64,000 nucleotides of DNA. It comes from Flavobacteriaceae bacterium. Its GTDB lineage: Bacteria; Bacteroidota; Bacteroidia; Flavobacteriales; Weeksellaceae. Made by a program: the position numbers and the translations under genes. The DNA lies in contig JAAYKY010000028.1 of NCBI GenBank assembly GCA_012522185.1, forward strand, positions 520-64,519. The letters run 5' to 3'. This document shows, in pieces, positions 27,499-37,436 of this stretch. Each line of letters begins with the position of its first letter. The stretch's first letter is position 1. The notes under the pieces are model-generated. The model was given only the letters and a program-made list of their open reading frames with translations, was not told the DNA's origin and searched no databases.

Positions 27499-28983
27499 AT
27501 GAAAAAATATATTGGATATTTAATGGTAGGAATTTTCAGTGCGAGTTTTGCGATCATTGGAATGAACTATTTCGCCAAGGAAAATTCAGATAATTTAATA
27601 ACCTCGACAACAGACAGAGAAGATGGCAGTTTTTCCTTTGTAAACTACAAGGGAAATTATGCGTTTAACGCACCGGACTTTGTAGAAGCTTCTCAAAGAA
27701 CGGTCAATGCGGTAGTGAGCATCAATAATTTTTCGACTCAAAAAAATCAAAGACACAACGATCCCTTTGAGTTTTTCTTTGGATTTCCACAGCAACAAAG
27801 AAATCCTGATTTGCCATCCGGGCAGGGTTCGGGCGTAATTATTTCGGACGATGGATACATCGTCACCAATAATCATGTGATCAAAGGTTCCGATAAAATC
27901 GAAGTGGTTTTGAACAACCAAAAATCTTATATCGCTGATTTGATTGGAACCGACCCCAATACAGACATCGCATTACTTAAAATCGAAGAAAAAGGACTTC
28001 CTTTTATCAAATTTGTAGACTCTGACGCCATCAACGTCGGTGATTGGGTATTGGCCATTGGGAATCCATTTGGCTTGAATTCAACGGTCACAGCGGGAAT
28101 TGTTTCCGCGAAAGGAAGAAGTATTGATATCCTAAGAAGAAACGCAACCAATCCAATTGAATCATTTATTCAAACCGATGCCGTGATCAATCCGGGAAAT
28201 AGCGGAGGTGCTTTGGTCAACCCAAATGGAGATTTGGTAGGTATCAATACCGCAATTTCCTCCCAAACAGGAACTTACGTAGGATATGGCTTTGCCGTCC
28301 CTTCCAACCTTGTGAAAAAAGTAGTGGAAGATATCAAAACCTATGGAATGGTTCAAAGAGGTTTCCTTGGAGTTGGAGGCTTGGACTTGAATGATGAATA
28401 TCAAATCCGAATGTACAACCGTGAAATGGGAACGGATTTGAAAAGTCAGCAAGGTATTTTGGTTCAAAGTGTAACCGACAACGGAGGTGCGCAGGCTGCC
28501 GGAATTCGCAAAGGTGATATCATTACCGAAATTGATGGAAAAAAAGTTACGAGTTTCAATAAACTTTCATTTGCAGTCGGAAGTAAAAATCCAGGTGATA
28601 AAGTGACTTTAAAAGTTTTGCGTGATGGAAAGGAAAGAGAATATACAGTTACACTGCGTGACCAAAAAGGAAATGCTTCTACAAGATCTTTGGCCGATCT
28701 GACAGTGAGCGAAAAACTCGGAGCAGAATTTGAACCTCTGACAGACCGACAAAAAGTTAGCTTCGGTATCGACCACGGTGTGATGGTAAAAAACATGGAG
28801 CAAGGAGGTAAATTAAGAGGAATTGGCATTTCGGAAGGATTTATCATCCTAAAAGTAAATGACAAAGAAGTAAGCAGCCAAAAAGATATTGAAAAAATCC
28901 TCAACAACCACAAAGGCAGAGTTTCTGTTAGCTATGTGGATCCGTATGGTAGAATCTATACACGAGGATTTACCATGGACTAA
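27499..28983 (+). CDS. htrA: Do/HtrA-family periplasmic serine endopeptidase with two PDZ domains
   Basis: 494 aa. Trypsin-like core (TNNHV, DIALLKI, GNSGGALV) followed by PDZ repeats. Confidence 0.9.
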   Translation: MKKYIGYLMVGIFSASFAIIGMNYFAKENSDNLITSTTDREDGSFSFVNYKGNYAFNAPDFVEASQRTVNAVVSINNFSTQKNQRHNDPFEFFFGFPQQQRNPDLPSGQGSGVIISDDGYIVTNNHVIKGSDKIEVVLNNQKSYIADLIGTDPNTDIALLKIEEKGLPFIKFVDSDAINVGDWVLAIGNPFGLNSTVTAGIVSAKGRSIDILRRNATNPIESFIQTDAVINPGNSGGALVNPNGDLVGINTAISSQTGTYVGYGFAVPSNLVKKVVEDIKTYGMVQRGFLGVGGLDLNDEYQIRMYNREMGTDLKSQQGILVQSVTDNGGAQAAGIRKGDIITEIDGKKVTSFNKLSFAVGSKNPGDKVTLKVLRDGKEREYTVTLRDQKGNASTRSLADLTVSEKLGAEFEPLTDRQKVSFGIDHGVMVKNMEQGGKLRGIGISEGFIILKVNDKEVSSQKDIEKILNNHKGRVSVSYVDPYGRIYTRGFTMD

Positions 28984-29012
28984 ACCGATTTATGTTTTCA
29001 TAGTTTTAGGTT

Positions 29013-29044
29013 CGGCACAACTCAAAAGGTTGTGCCGTTTTTTA
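29013..29044 (+). terminator. Rho-independent terminator after htrA
   Basis: CGGCACAAC / GTTGTGCCG 9-bp stem, 7-nt loop, then TTTTTTA. Confidence 0.75.
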
Positions 29045-29052
29045 TATCTTTG
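29045..29052 (+). promoter_or_regulatory. Bacteroidota -7 box (TATCTTTG)
   Basis: Exact TAnnTTTG match ending 5 nt before the ATG at 29058. Confidence 0.35.
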
Positions 29053-29057
29053 ATTCG

Positions 29058-29570
29058 ATGAAAAAGTTAGTCGGAATTCTGTTTTTATTCCTAATCGGGT
29101 TTGGACAGGCACAGGAAAAAGGAGGTTTGATGAGCCATTTGTTAGTTAATGTCGGATATGCAAATCTCAACGGAAATTATTTCAAATTAGGACCGGAAGT
29201 TTATTTGACCCAGCCAAATGGAAATCTAATCGACCTGAGTGCAACCGCTAATATGGCTTATTTCAGTGATAAATTCGTGGTCATTCCCGAACTCGGAATC
29301 GGCTATCAGTTCAACGCCAAAAAAGTTAAAAACCGGATTGATCCTTACCGCGAATATGTCAACAGTACGTTTTATTTGGCTCGTGTAAATGTTTCGCCTT
29401 GGAATGTCACGCCCGAAATCGGGATTGCACTGGCCGGAATTCTGGAAGCAAATATTGGATATTCCTTCCAGTTTTCCGATCACAAATACACCTCTTTTGA
29501 TGGAATTAAATTTGGGCTGACAATTCATATTCCCACGATTTATTTCGTTAGTGAAGCTGGGTTGTATTAA
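29058..29570 (+). CDS. Hypothetical secreted / outer-membrane beta-strand protein
   Basis: 170 aa with a signal peptide (GFGQAQE). Alternating-hydrophobicity segments. No domain recognised. Confidence 0.45.
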   Translation: MKKLVGILFLFLIGFGQAQEKGGLMSHLLVNVGYANLNGNYFKLGPEVYLTQPNGNLIDLSATANMAYFSDKFVVIPELGIGYQFNAKKVKNRIDPYREYVNSTFYLARVNVSPWNVTPEIGIALAGILEANIGYSFQFSDHKYTSFDGIKFGLTIHIPTIYFVSEAGLY

Positions 29571-30598
29571 GCTCTTACCGGATTGTATTGTCTGATTTCT
29601 TCAATAATTTCTCTTTCAGAAGAATTAGCAAAATCCAAAATCCTTTTGATAATTGCCACCAACTGATCCGGATAATCAACTTTTACATAATGCTCGGCAT
29701 CCACCCATTCCTGGATTTTCCGTAAATTTAATTCCGAACAAATATCCACTCCTAAATTCTGCAAAGCCGTCGCATTGCACTCTTGTTCGTATTGTTTTTT
29801 AATGGGAATGACGAAAAGTTTTTTATTCAGAAACAAAGCTTCTGCCGGCAATTCAAATCCGGCGTTGCAAAGTACGCCTTCCGATTTCCCTAAAGAACGT
29901 AAAAATTCAGTTTGATCAATCGGATAAACCAAAACATTTCCTTTCACATAAATTTCTTTTGCTGATTTGGAAAAAACCCGCCAATCGACGTGGGTTTCAT
30001 TTAATCTCTCGATTAAATATTCATCCGAAAAACTCGGCAAATACGTCATGTAAAAACCTTCGTTTTGGGGTTTGAGATTTCGGACTGCTTGTCGGACAAT
30101 CGGTCTAAAAATCCTCGGATGATAGGACTCAAAATGAAATCCAAAGTTCTCTTTCGTTGGTGCATAATGTTTCAAAACCATTTCACCTAGAAAATCCTTT
30201 CGTTCAGGTTTGGGCGTTTCGGGAAAAAGCATCGAAGCTTGGTGGCTGATCCCTAATATATTCTGATAATTCTTCAGTTTTGCTGCCCAGGCTGAAATCG
30301 GCTCAAAATCGTTTATCACCAAATCATATTCCTCCAAAGGCACTTTTTTTACGTCCTTGATGGCTCGGAAAAAATTATTTTGAAACGCCGTTTTCCAATA
30401 AGATAATCCGCCTCTAGCGTCGTACAAAAGCGAAATCCCATCAAAACGAAATTTCGGTTCCTGCGGCAATTCGATTTGGGATTGATGACCACTTGTCAAT
30501 AAATCTACTTCTGCATATTTTTTCAATTCTGGTATCAATTCCTGTGCGCGGGCAATATGTCCGTTTCCGGTACACTGAAGTGCATATAAAATTTTCAT
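29567..30598 (-). CDS. GT-B glycosyltransferase (MJ1255/TIGR00661-like)
   Basis: 343 aa. N-terminal CTGNGHIARA motif and a C-terminal nucleotide-sugar-binding half (CNAGFELPAEAL). Confidence 0.7.
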   Translation of the reverse strand: MKILYALQCTGNGHIARAQELIPELKKYAEVDLLTSGHQSQIELPQEPKFRFDGISLLYDARGGLSYWKTAFQNNFFRAIKDVKKVPLEEYDLVINDFEPISAWAAKLKNYQNILGISHQASMLFPETPKPERKDFLGEMVLKHYAPTKENFGFHFESYHPRIFRPIVRQAVRNLKPQNEGFYMTYLPSFSDEYLIERLNETHVDWRVFSKSAKEIYVKGNVLVYPIDQTEFLRSLGKSEGVLCNAGFELPAEALFLNKKLFVIPIKKQYEQECNATALQNLGVDICSELNLRKIQEWVDAEHYVKVDYPDQLVAIIKRILDFANSSEREIIEEIRQYNPVRA

Positions 30599-30662
30599 CG
30601 CATTAATTTTGAGAGCAAAAACTCTGATTTCTAATTAACTACACAAATTTCTTACCTAAAAC

Positions 30663-31487
30663 TCAATTCAAACTCGTAACCGATGAAATTAATTCTTCGA
30701 GCGTCATATCCGCCGTCTCTTCTTCCTTTCTCAAAGCGAGTTTCTCTTTGTTTTCTTCGTAAGAAAAAATTGTCCAATTTCCATTGTGATATTCCAAAGC
30801 CGTCAAATTTTCAATCCAATCACCTGAATTCAGATACATACATTCGCCTTTTTTATTGGTGATTTTTCGCATTTGTGGCTGATGAATATGCCCACAAATC
30901 ACATAATCAAATCCTTTTTCAATTGCCAATTCCGAAGCTGTATTTTCAAAGTCCGAAATATATTTTACCGCTTTTTTTACGCTGTTCTTAATTTTTTTTG
31001 AAAGGGAATATTTCTCACGTCCCATTTTCATCAAACACCAATTAATTACATTGTTCAAACGTATCAGCAAATCATATCCGACTCCGCCCAAACGCGCTAT
31101 CCATTTGGAATGCTGAACCGAAGCATCGAAAACATCACCGTGAAAAATCCAGGCGTGTTTCCCATCGAGCTGAAGGATTTCTTTATTGGTTAATTTGATT
31201 TTTCCCATTCGCAAATCGCTGAATTTCCTGAGCATTTCATCATGATTTCCCGTTATATAAATTAGCTCAGTTCCTTTGACCGCAAAATCGATGAATTTCT
31301 TCAGAATGCTCAAATGCTTTTTCGGAAAATAAGATTTCTTAAACTGCCAGATATCGATGATATCACCGTTTAGAATAAGCATTTTGGGTTGAACCGAATT
31401 CAAATATTGAAGCAATTCTTTGGCTCGGCAGCCATAAGTTCCCAGATGAACATCGGAAAGAATGATTAAATCTACCTTTCTTTTCAT
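30663..31487 (-). CDS. UDP-2,3-diacylglucosamine diphosphatase-like metallophosphoesterase (LpxH-like)
   Basis: Motifs SDVHLG, NGDIID, GNHD, HGD and GHIH. I prefer the ATG at 31487 (MKRKVDLIILSD) over the GTG at 31511. Confidence 0.7.
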   Translation of the reverse strand: MKRKVDLIILSDVHLGTYGCRAKELLQYLNSVQPKMLILNGDIIDIWQFKKSYFPKKHLSILKKFIDFAVKGTELIYITGNHDEMLRKFSDLRMGKIKLTNKEILQLDGKHAWIFHGDVFDASVQHSKWIARLGGVGYDLLIRLNNVINWCLMKMGREKYSLSKKIKNSVKKAVKYISDFENTASELAIEKGFDYVICGHIHQPQMRKITNKKGECMYLNSGDWIENLTALEYHNGNWTIFSYEENKEKLALRKEEETADMTLEELISSVTSLN

Positions 31488-31541
31488 GAAGTGTTTCTGC
31501 AAAATAACCACACAGATTTAAACTGAACCTTACTGAAAGGT

Positions 31542-31549
31542 TAGGTTTG
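31542..31549 (+). promoter_or_regulatory. Bacteroidota -7 box (TAGGTTTG)
   Basis: Exact TAnnTTTG match 62 nt upstream of the ABC ATPase start. Confidence 0.3.
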
Positions 31550-31611
31550 TATTATATTATTTCAATTCAATCCCATTTTATTTTTCTAATTATTAAGCTT
31601 ATTTTAGCTCC

Positions 31612-32280
31612 ATGATTTCGGCAAAGAACATTCACAAAAATTTTGGTAGTCTTGAAGTATTGAAAGGCGTTTCTCTCGATGTAAGCATGGGGGAAATAGT
31701 TTCAATTGTTGGCGCATCGGGAGCAGGAAAAACGACATTGCTTCAGATTTTGAGTAGTTTGGAAAAAAGTTCTGAACCGGAAAAATATTACACCCAAATC
31801 CTCATCAAAAAAGAAGACATTACCAAAATGTCGGATGCAAAACTTTCCAAATTTCGTAACGAAAACATTGGATTTATTTTTCAGTTTCACCAACTTTTAC
31901 CTGAATTTTCGGCCATCGAAAACGTATGCATTCCGGGATACATCGGCAATGCAAAAAGCAGTGCGGTTCAGGCCAAAGCCAAAGAACTGTTGGAGTTTCT
32001 CGGACTTGGAAATCGCCTCGAACATAAACCTGCGCAACTTTCCGGCGGGGAACAACAACGTGTGGCAGTGGCCCGTGCGCTTATCAATCAGCCTGCGGTA
32101 ATTTTTGCAGACGAACCTTCCGGAAATCTCGACTCCAAAAACGCCGAAGAACTACACCAACTTTTTTTCCGTTTGCGCGACGAGTTCGGTCAGACTTTTG
32201 TAATTGTGACGCACAACGAAGAACTCGCCAACATGGCCGACCGAAAGCTCGTAATGAGCGATGGCCGTTTTGAGATGTAA
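31612..32280 (+). CDS. ABC transporter ATP-binding protein (LolD/MacB-type ATPase)
   Basis: Walker [10 protein letters not shown], signature [15 protein letters not shown], Walker [12 protein letters not shown]. Confidence 0.85.
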   Translation: MISAKNIHKNFGSLEVLKGVSLDVSMGEIVSIVGASGAGKTTLLQILSSLEKSSEPEKYYTQILIKKEDITKMSDAKLSKFRNENIGFIFQFHQLLPEFSAIENVCIPGYIGNAKSSAVQAKAKELLEFLGLGNRLEHKPAQLSGGEQQRVAVARALINQPAVIFADEPSGNLDSKNAEELHQLFFRLRDEFGQTFVIVTHNEELANMADRKLVMSDGRFEM

Positions 32281-32288
32281 TTTAAATT

Positions 32289-33980
32289 ATGCTTTATATA
32301 CTCCTTAACTGGATTTATATTTTCCTGATTTGCCTGGGAATGGGCGCAATTTTGAATTCAATTTTGCGCACAAAAACCGGACTTTTCTATACACTTTTGC
32401 TCGGAATTTTTGCCGAAATAATCCTCATACATTTCTATGCAATCGGCTTTCCTATCAATGAGTTTTTTTATGGATTTAATTTTATTTTGGCATCCTTCGG
32501 AATAATTTTTCACAAAAAAATCCTTTCCCAAGAAATTAAATCGGCTGTTTCTGATTGGAAAACCTGGAAAAAACCCATTCAAATTCTCGGCATTCTGCTG
32601 ACGATTTTGATATTAATGCAAAGCGCAACCCAACCTTTCATTGTTGATAACGAAACTTATTACATTCAATCCACTAAATGGTTAAACGAATTCGGACTAA
32701 TTAAAGGTTTGGCCAATCTTCATATTTTCTTCGGGCAGATGTCGGGCTGGCATCTTTTGCAAAGCGGATTTAATTTTGGCTTCGTTTCTAATTCTTTGAA
32801 TGATGTGAACGGATTTCTGATGTTGATTTTTACCGGGTTTTCGCTCTATCACCTCAACCGATTTTTCCAAACCAGAATTACGATGGATTTGTTTTTAGGC
32901 TTAATTCCTGTGGGAAATTTATTTTTGTTTCAGTTCCTCAGCGCGCCTTCGCCCGATTTACCGGTTTTCCTGATTTCACAGCTCATTTTTTATCTATTTT
33001 ATCGAAATTATGTGGAATATCAAGGCGATTTCAAAATGCTTTTCATTCTGACTTTGCTCTTAATTCTAACCAAAATCACAGTCGTTCCTTTGTTGATCTT
33101 ACCTTTGGTTTTAATCATCCGGCATCAACTTTTCAAATCCGAATGGAAATATGCCTTCAGAATTTCTTTGATAGCCTTGAGCGGATTTCTGCTCAAAAAC
33201 TACATCATTTCGGGTTATCTTTTTTATCCGACGGAAATTTTAAGTTCCTTTCTAAATCCGGATTGGAAAGCCGCTCCTGAAATGCTTCGATTGTTTTTTG
33301 AAGAACGACCCGAATATGAAATCATCCCCGATCAGCTTTCAGAAATCAACCGAGAAAATTTCTTTCAGCTTTTCAAAAATTGGTTGCTGGAACCGGGATT
33401 GCGAAGCATTTTTAACAAACTCATCATCGTCCTTTTATTGATTTTTCCGCTTTACATTAGAAAAAACAAAACCCTTTTCTGGCTTTATATTTATGCGTTG
33501 GTTCAATTCGGACTTTTGTATTTCACTTCGCCGCAATATCGCTTTTTTATGCCGCTGATCATCGGGATGAGTTTATACATTTTAGCAAAACTACTTTTAA
33601 ATTCTCCTAAAAAAGTCATTCCGGTTTTTGCATTTTTCAGTTTGATTGTTGTCGTTCCACTGATTTTTTCCTTCAATGTTTCAAATCTAAAAAACAGCGA
33701 ATTTATGCCCGATAAACTCGAAGCTTATCGGATTGAAAACATCATCAAGCCTGCAAAAAACTCACTGCATAATTTTGAATATGAATTAATGGAAGAAGGG
33801 AATTTAAAGTACAATTCTCCCATCGGGCAGAAAGAGTTTTTCTGGATTACGGGCGATGGTGATTTGCCAACAGTAAACCGCCGAATGGTTGAATATTTTA
33901 AGAAATGGTATAAAATCCGACCGCAAATGCGTAGCGAAAGCTTAAAAGATGGATTTTATTTTGAAAAATTGAAAGAATGA
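32289..33980 (+). CDS. Large polytopic membrane protein of unknown function
   Basis: 563 aa and almost entirely hydrophobic helices. Starts 8 nt after the ATPase gene, with an ATGA overlap into the next gene. Confidence 0.6.
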   Translation: MLYILLNWIYIFLICLGMGAILNSILRTKTGLFYTLLLGIFAEIILIHFYAIGFPINEFFYGFNFILASFGIIFHKKILSQEIKSAVSDWKTWKKPIQILGILLTILILMQSATQPFIVDNETYYIQSTKWLNEFGLIKGLANLHIFFGQMSGWHLLQSGFNFGFVSNSLNDVNGFLMLIFTGFSLYHLNRFFQTRITMDLFLGLIPVGNLFLFQFLSAPSPDLPVFLISQLIFYLFYRNYVEYQGDFKMLFILTLLLILTKITVVPLLILPLVLIIRHQLFKSEWKYAFRISLIALSGFLLKNYIISGYLFYPTEILSSFLNPDWKAAPEMLRLFFEERPEYEIIPDQLSEINRENFFQLFKNWLLEPGLRSIFNKLIIVLLLIFPLYIRKNKTLFWLYIYALVQFGLLYFTSPQYRFFMPLIIGMSLYILAKLLLNSPKKVIPVFAFFSLIVVVPLIFSFNVSNLKNSEFMPDKLEAYRIENIIKPAKNSLHNFEYELMEEGNLKYNSPIGQKEFFWITGDGDLPTVNRRMVEYFKKWYKIRPQMRSESLKDGFYFEKLKE

Positions 33981-34750
33981 AATTGGAAGAATTAAAGGAT
34001 TTTTTAGACGAAAAAGTGATTTTATACAATCGATTAGACTTTATTGAAACGGATCCCATTCAAATTCCGCATCGTTTTCAGTCAAAGGAGGACATCGAAA
34101 TCTCTGGTTTTCTTGCGGCGACTATGGCTTGGGGAAATCGAAAAATGATTATCAATAAATTAAATGATTTGATGGATCGGATGGGCAATTCGCCTTATGA
34201 TTTTGTGATGAATTATTCCGAAGAAAACTTCCCAAAAATCGAAACCTTCAAACACCGGACTTTAAATTCCATTGATTTGGATTTTTATTTGATATCACTT
34301 CGAAATCTTTATGAAAACCACGGCGGATTGGAGTCTACCTTTCAATTTAAAAAAACCGATACCGATAGTTTTCATGCCATTGAGAATTTCCGGCAAAAAT
34401 TTCTGGAAATTCCGCATCAGAAACGTTCCGAAAAACACCTTTCAAGTCCGGCCAACAACTCCGCTGCGAAACGGTTGAATATGTATCTCCGCTGGATGGT
34501 TCGCAATGATAATCAAAGAGTTGATTTTGGGATTTGGAAAAATATTTCAAGTTCGCAATTGGTTTGTCCACTCGATGTTCATTCGGGAAATGTAGCCCGA
34601 AAACTCGGCATTTTGACCCGAAAGCAAAATGATTGGAAAGCCGCTTCTGAACTGCATTTGAACTTGAAAAAATTCGACTCTGAAGATCCCGTCAAATACG
34701 ATTTTGCACTTTTTGGGCTGGGTGTTTTTGAAGGTTTTTCAAAACTTTGA
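33977..34750 (+). CDS. TIGR02757 (DUF2400) family protein
   Basis: 257 aa. N-terminal ETDPIQIPHRF...DIEISGFLAATMAWGNRKMII matches my memory of this uncharacterised family. Confidence 0.6.
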   Translation: MKLEELKDFLDEKVILYNRLDFIETDPIQIPHRFQSKEDIEISGFLAATMAWGNRKMIINKLNDLMDRMGNSPYDFVMNYSEENFPKIETFKHRTLNSIDLDFYLISLRNLYENHGGLESTFQFKKTDTDSFHAIENFRQKFLEIPHQKRSEKHLSSPANNSAAKRLNMYLRWMVRNDNQRVDFGIWKNISSSQLVCPLDVHSGNVARKLGILTRKQNDWKAASELHLNLKKFDSEDPVKYDFALFGLGVFEGFSKL

Positions 34751-34766
34751 TTACATTTGAAACCCT

Positions 34767-36566
34767 ATGACGATTTTCCAACTTTTCAAAAACCTTTGGC
34801 CCTATGTCAAGCCCTATCGATGGCTTGTTTTCGGCGCATTGTTTCTAACCTTGATTGGCTCATTTACCGCTCAGGTAAACGCTTTGACGCTTCAATATAC
34901 CGTCGATGAAGTAAACCGATTGGTCGAAAACGGACAAGGTTTAAAGTCCGGAATGAATATTTTGGTGACGATTACACTGATTTTATTGGGAAAAGAAATC
35001 CTGAACGTCATCATCACATTTGGACAAAAATTTTACGGCGAAAAACTCCGGATTTATGTTTCCCGTGATTTGGCACAAGCCATTGTGGATAAAATCCTGA
35101 CGTATCGGATGGCTTTTTATACGGCAAATGATAATGAGTCAGGGAAACTTCAAACCCGTATTGACCGCGGGATTGAAAGTTTGACAAGATTGGTTCAGAA
35201 TTTTTTCATCAATATTTTACCGCTTTTTGCGAACTCATTTATCGCATTGATTTTAATGTTCAATGCCAATTTCTGGGTGGGATTTGTCGGGCTGATGATC
35301 GTTCCGGTTTATATTTTCATCACCATCAAACAAGCGCGAACGCTGAGCGGATGGCGAAGAAATATGCGGAATTTTCGCGAAAGCAAAAGCCAGGGAATTG
35401 TCAATATCATTCAATCGATTACGGTCATTAAATCATTTAATCGGGAAAAAATCGAGTCCGACAAACAAAATCAAATCCAATACGATCTGACGGAAAATCA
35501 GCTAAAAACTCAAAAAACCGGATTTTTGTTCAACGGTGCCAAAACATTCATCGAACAAATCGGTGTGGTGATCATCATTATCTTGACTGCTTATTTGGTT
35601 TTGGACGGACAAATGAGCATCGGGATGATTATGTTTCACATTTTATTATTCAACAACGTAACTGCGCCCATCGGGCAACTGCACCGGATTTTTGATGAAA
35701 TGAACGATGCGATGATTTATTCCGAAAGTTTCTTCGATATTCTAAATGCGGATGAGGAAACCGAGAATTCAGGAACTTATAAACCGGAAAAATTGATCGG
35801 AAAATTCGAACTAAAAAATGTGGATTTCGTTTATCCGAACGGAACTCAAGCACTTTACAACGTGAATATGGAAATTCTTCCCAATAAAATCACGGCTTTG
35901 GTGGGTCTGAGCGGTGCGGGAAAAAGTACGATTGTCAATCTCCTCGATAAGTTTTACGAACCATCCACAGGTGAAATCCTTTTGGACGGCATTCCTTTGA
36001 AGGATTATGATACGCAGTTTCTGCGAAATAACATCGGGCTAGTGCTTCAAAAAAACCATATTTTCAGCGGAACGATTGAAGAAAACATCCGATACGGAAA
36101 TCCAAATGCGACGAAAGAAGAAGTTCACGAAGCCGCAAAACAGGCCTATATATTTGATCAGGTAATGGATTTACCTCAGAAATTTGAAAGTAATGCACTT
36201 TTGCTTTCGGGCGGACAACAACAGCGAATTGCAATTGCAAGGATGTTCCTAAAAAATCCACCGATTATCTTTTTGGATGAACCCACGGCAAGCCTCGATG
36301 CCATTGCGACGGAGCAAATCAAAAACAGTCTGGACGCCATTAAGAAAAACCGGACAGTTGTGATTATTTCGCACAGTATTTCGCAAATCATCGACTCCGA
36401 CCGGATTTATGCGATGGAACTTGGTAAAGTCGTTGAATCAGGTTCGCACGAAGAAATTTATGAGCAGCAGGGCGTTTACAAAGGTATTTTTGATGCGATG
36501 GCGAGAAGTCTGAACATTGAAAAAATCGCCAAAACTTATGACGATGATGAGGAAGAAAATTTTTAA
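34767..36566 (+). CDS. ABC exporter, fused permease/ATPase (MsbA-like)
   Basis: 599 aa. Six-helix TMD plus NBD (GLSGAGKST, LSGGQQQRIAIARMF, IFLDEPTASLD). Confidence 0.9.
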   Translation: MTIFQLFKNLWPYVKPYRWLVFGALFLTLIGSFTAQVNALTLQYTVDEVNRLVENGQGLKSGMNILVTITLILLGKEILNVIITFGQKFYGEKLRIYVSRDLAQAIVDKILTYRMAFYTANDNESGKLQTRIDRGIESLTRLVQNFFINILPLFANSFIALILMFNANFWVGFVGLMIVPVYIFITIKQARTLSGWRRNMRNFRESKSQGIVNIIQSITVIKSFNREKIESDKQNQIQYDLTENQLKTQKTGFLFNGAKTFIEQIGVVIIIILTAYLVLDGQMSIGMIMFHILLFNNVTAPIGQLHRIFDEMNDAMIYSESFFDILNADEETENSGTYKPEKLIGKFELKNVDFVYPNGTQALYNVNMEILPNKITALVGLSGAGKSTIVNLLDKFYEPSTGEILLDGIPLKDYDTQFLRNNIGLVLQKNHIFSGTIEENIRYGNPNATKEEVHEAAKQAYIFDQVMDLPQKFESNALLLSGGQQQRIAIARMFLKNPPIIFLDEPTASLDAIATEQIKNSLDAIKKNRTVVIISHSISQIIDSDRIYAMELGKVVESGSHEEIYEQQGVYKGIFDAMARSLNIEKIAKTYDDDEEENF

Positions 36567-36593
36567 TGTATTATTTATTCTAAATTTGCCCTT

Positions 36594-37436
36594 ATGAGGG
36601 ATTTATTTTCCAATTTCAATTCTAAATATTTCGATAAATTCATCGATCTGAGCATCGGATTTCTTGAAGCCATTGCTATTTTCGTCATCGGTTTCTGGCT
36701 TTCACGCATCATCAGCAAATACGCGAATTTCGGTATGCTGAAACGCGGAATTGAAGACTCCGTACGACTTTTCCTGAAAGACATTATTCAAATCACGCTC
36801 AACATTCTGGTCATCGTGGTTGCGATTAATACGGCAGGCGTGAAAGTAACTTCCATTCTGGCATTGATTGGAGGTGCGGCTGTGGGTGTGGGATTGGGTT
36901 TGCAAGGAAGTTTTTCCAATTTGGCAAGTGGCGTGATGATCATTCTGACCAATCCTTTTCGGGTCGGCGATTTGATTAAATCCGATGAATTCGAAGGAAT
37001 TGTGGAGAAAATTAATTTGTTGAATACGACCATTCGAGGTCAGAGAAATGAGCTAATTGTTTTGCCGAATTCGCCTTTGTTTAATACCAATCTTCAGAAT
37101 TTCTCAGCCAAAGATGCGTATCGGATCGATATAACCGTGGGCGTTGAATATCGATCGGACGTTCACAAACTTCGACCTTTGTTGAAAACCGCCATTTCCG
37201 AAAATAAAATGTTTCTGGATTACAGACCGATTGTAATTGAAATTGAAGAATTTACCCAAGACCGAATCAATCTGACGGTTCGTGCTTTTTCCAAACCGAG
37301 GAATTATTGGGATGCGCCGTTGATTTTACGCGGAATTTGCAAAGATGTAATGGAAGCCAACGGATTTAAAATTCCGGTGGCGCCAAGAGAAATAAAAATT
37401 ATCAATTCAAATGATGAAAGAACTGAAGGGAATTAG
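36594..37436 (+). CDS. Small-conductance mechanosensitive channel (MscS family)
   Basis: 280 aa. Three TM helices, with a Gly/Ala-rich pore helix (GGAAVGVGLGLQGSFSNLASG) and a beta-domain. Confidence 0.85.
   Translation: MRDLFSNFNSKYFDKFIDLSIGFLEAIAIFVIGFWLSRIISKYANFGMLKRGIEDSVRLFLKDIIQITLNILVIVVAINTAGVKVTSILALIGGAAVGVGLGLQGSFSNLASGVMIILTNPFRVGDLIKSDEFEGIVEKINLLNTTIRGQRNELIVLPNSPLFNTNLQNFSAKDAYRIDITVGVEYRSDVHKLRPLLKTAISENKMFLDYRPIVIEIEEFTQDRINLTVRAFSKPRNYWDAPLILRGICKDVMEANGFKIPVAPREIKIINSNDERTEGN

Noticed and set aside
28464-28913. 149-aa antisense ORF in htrA. Similar antisense ORFs at 38721-39170 (pdxA), 55018-55464 (mrdA), 51413-51802 (mreB) and 8900-9271 (enoyl-CoA hydratase).
   Set aside because: Each is embedded in a gene with strong family motifs on the other strand. 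None has recognisable features.
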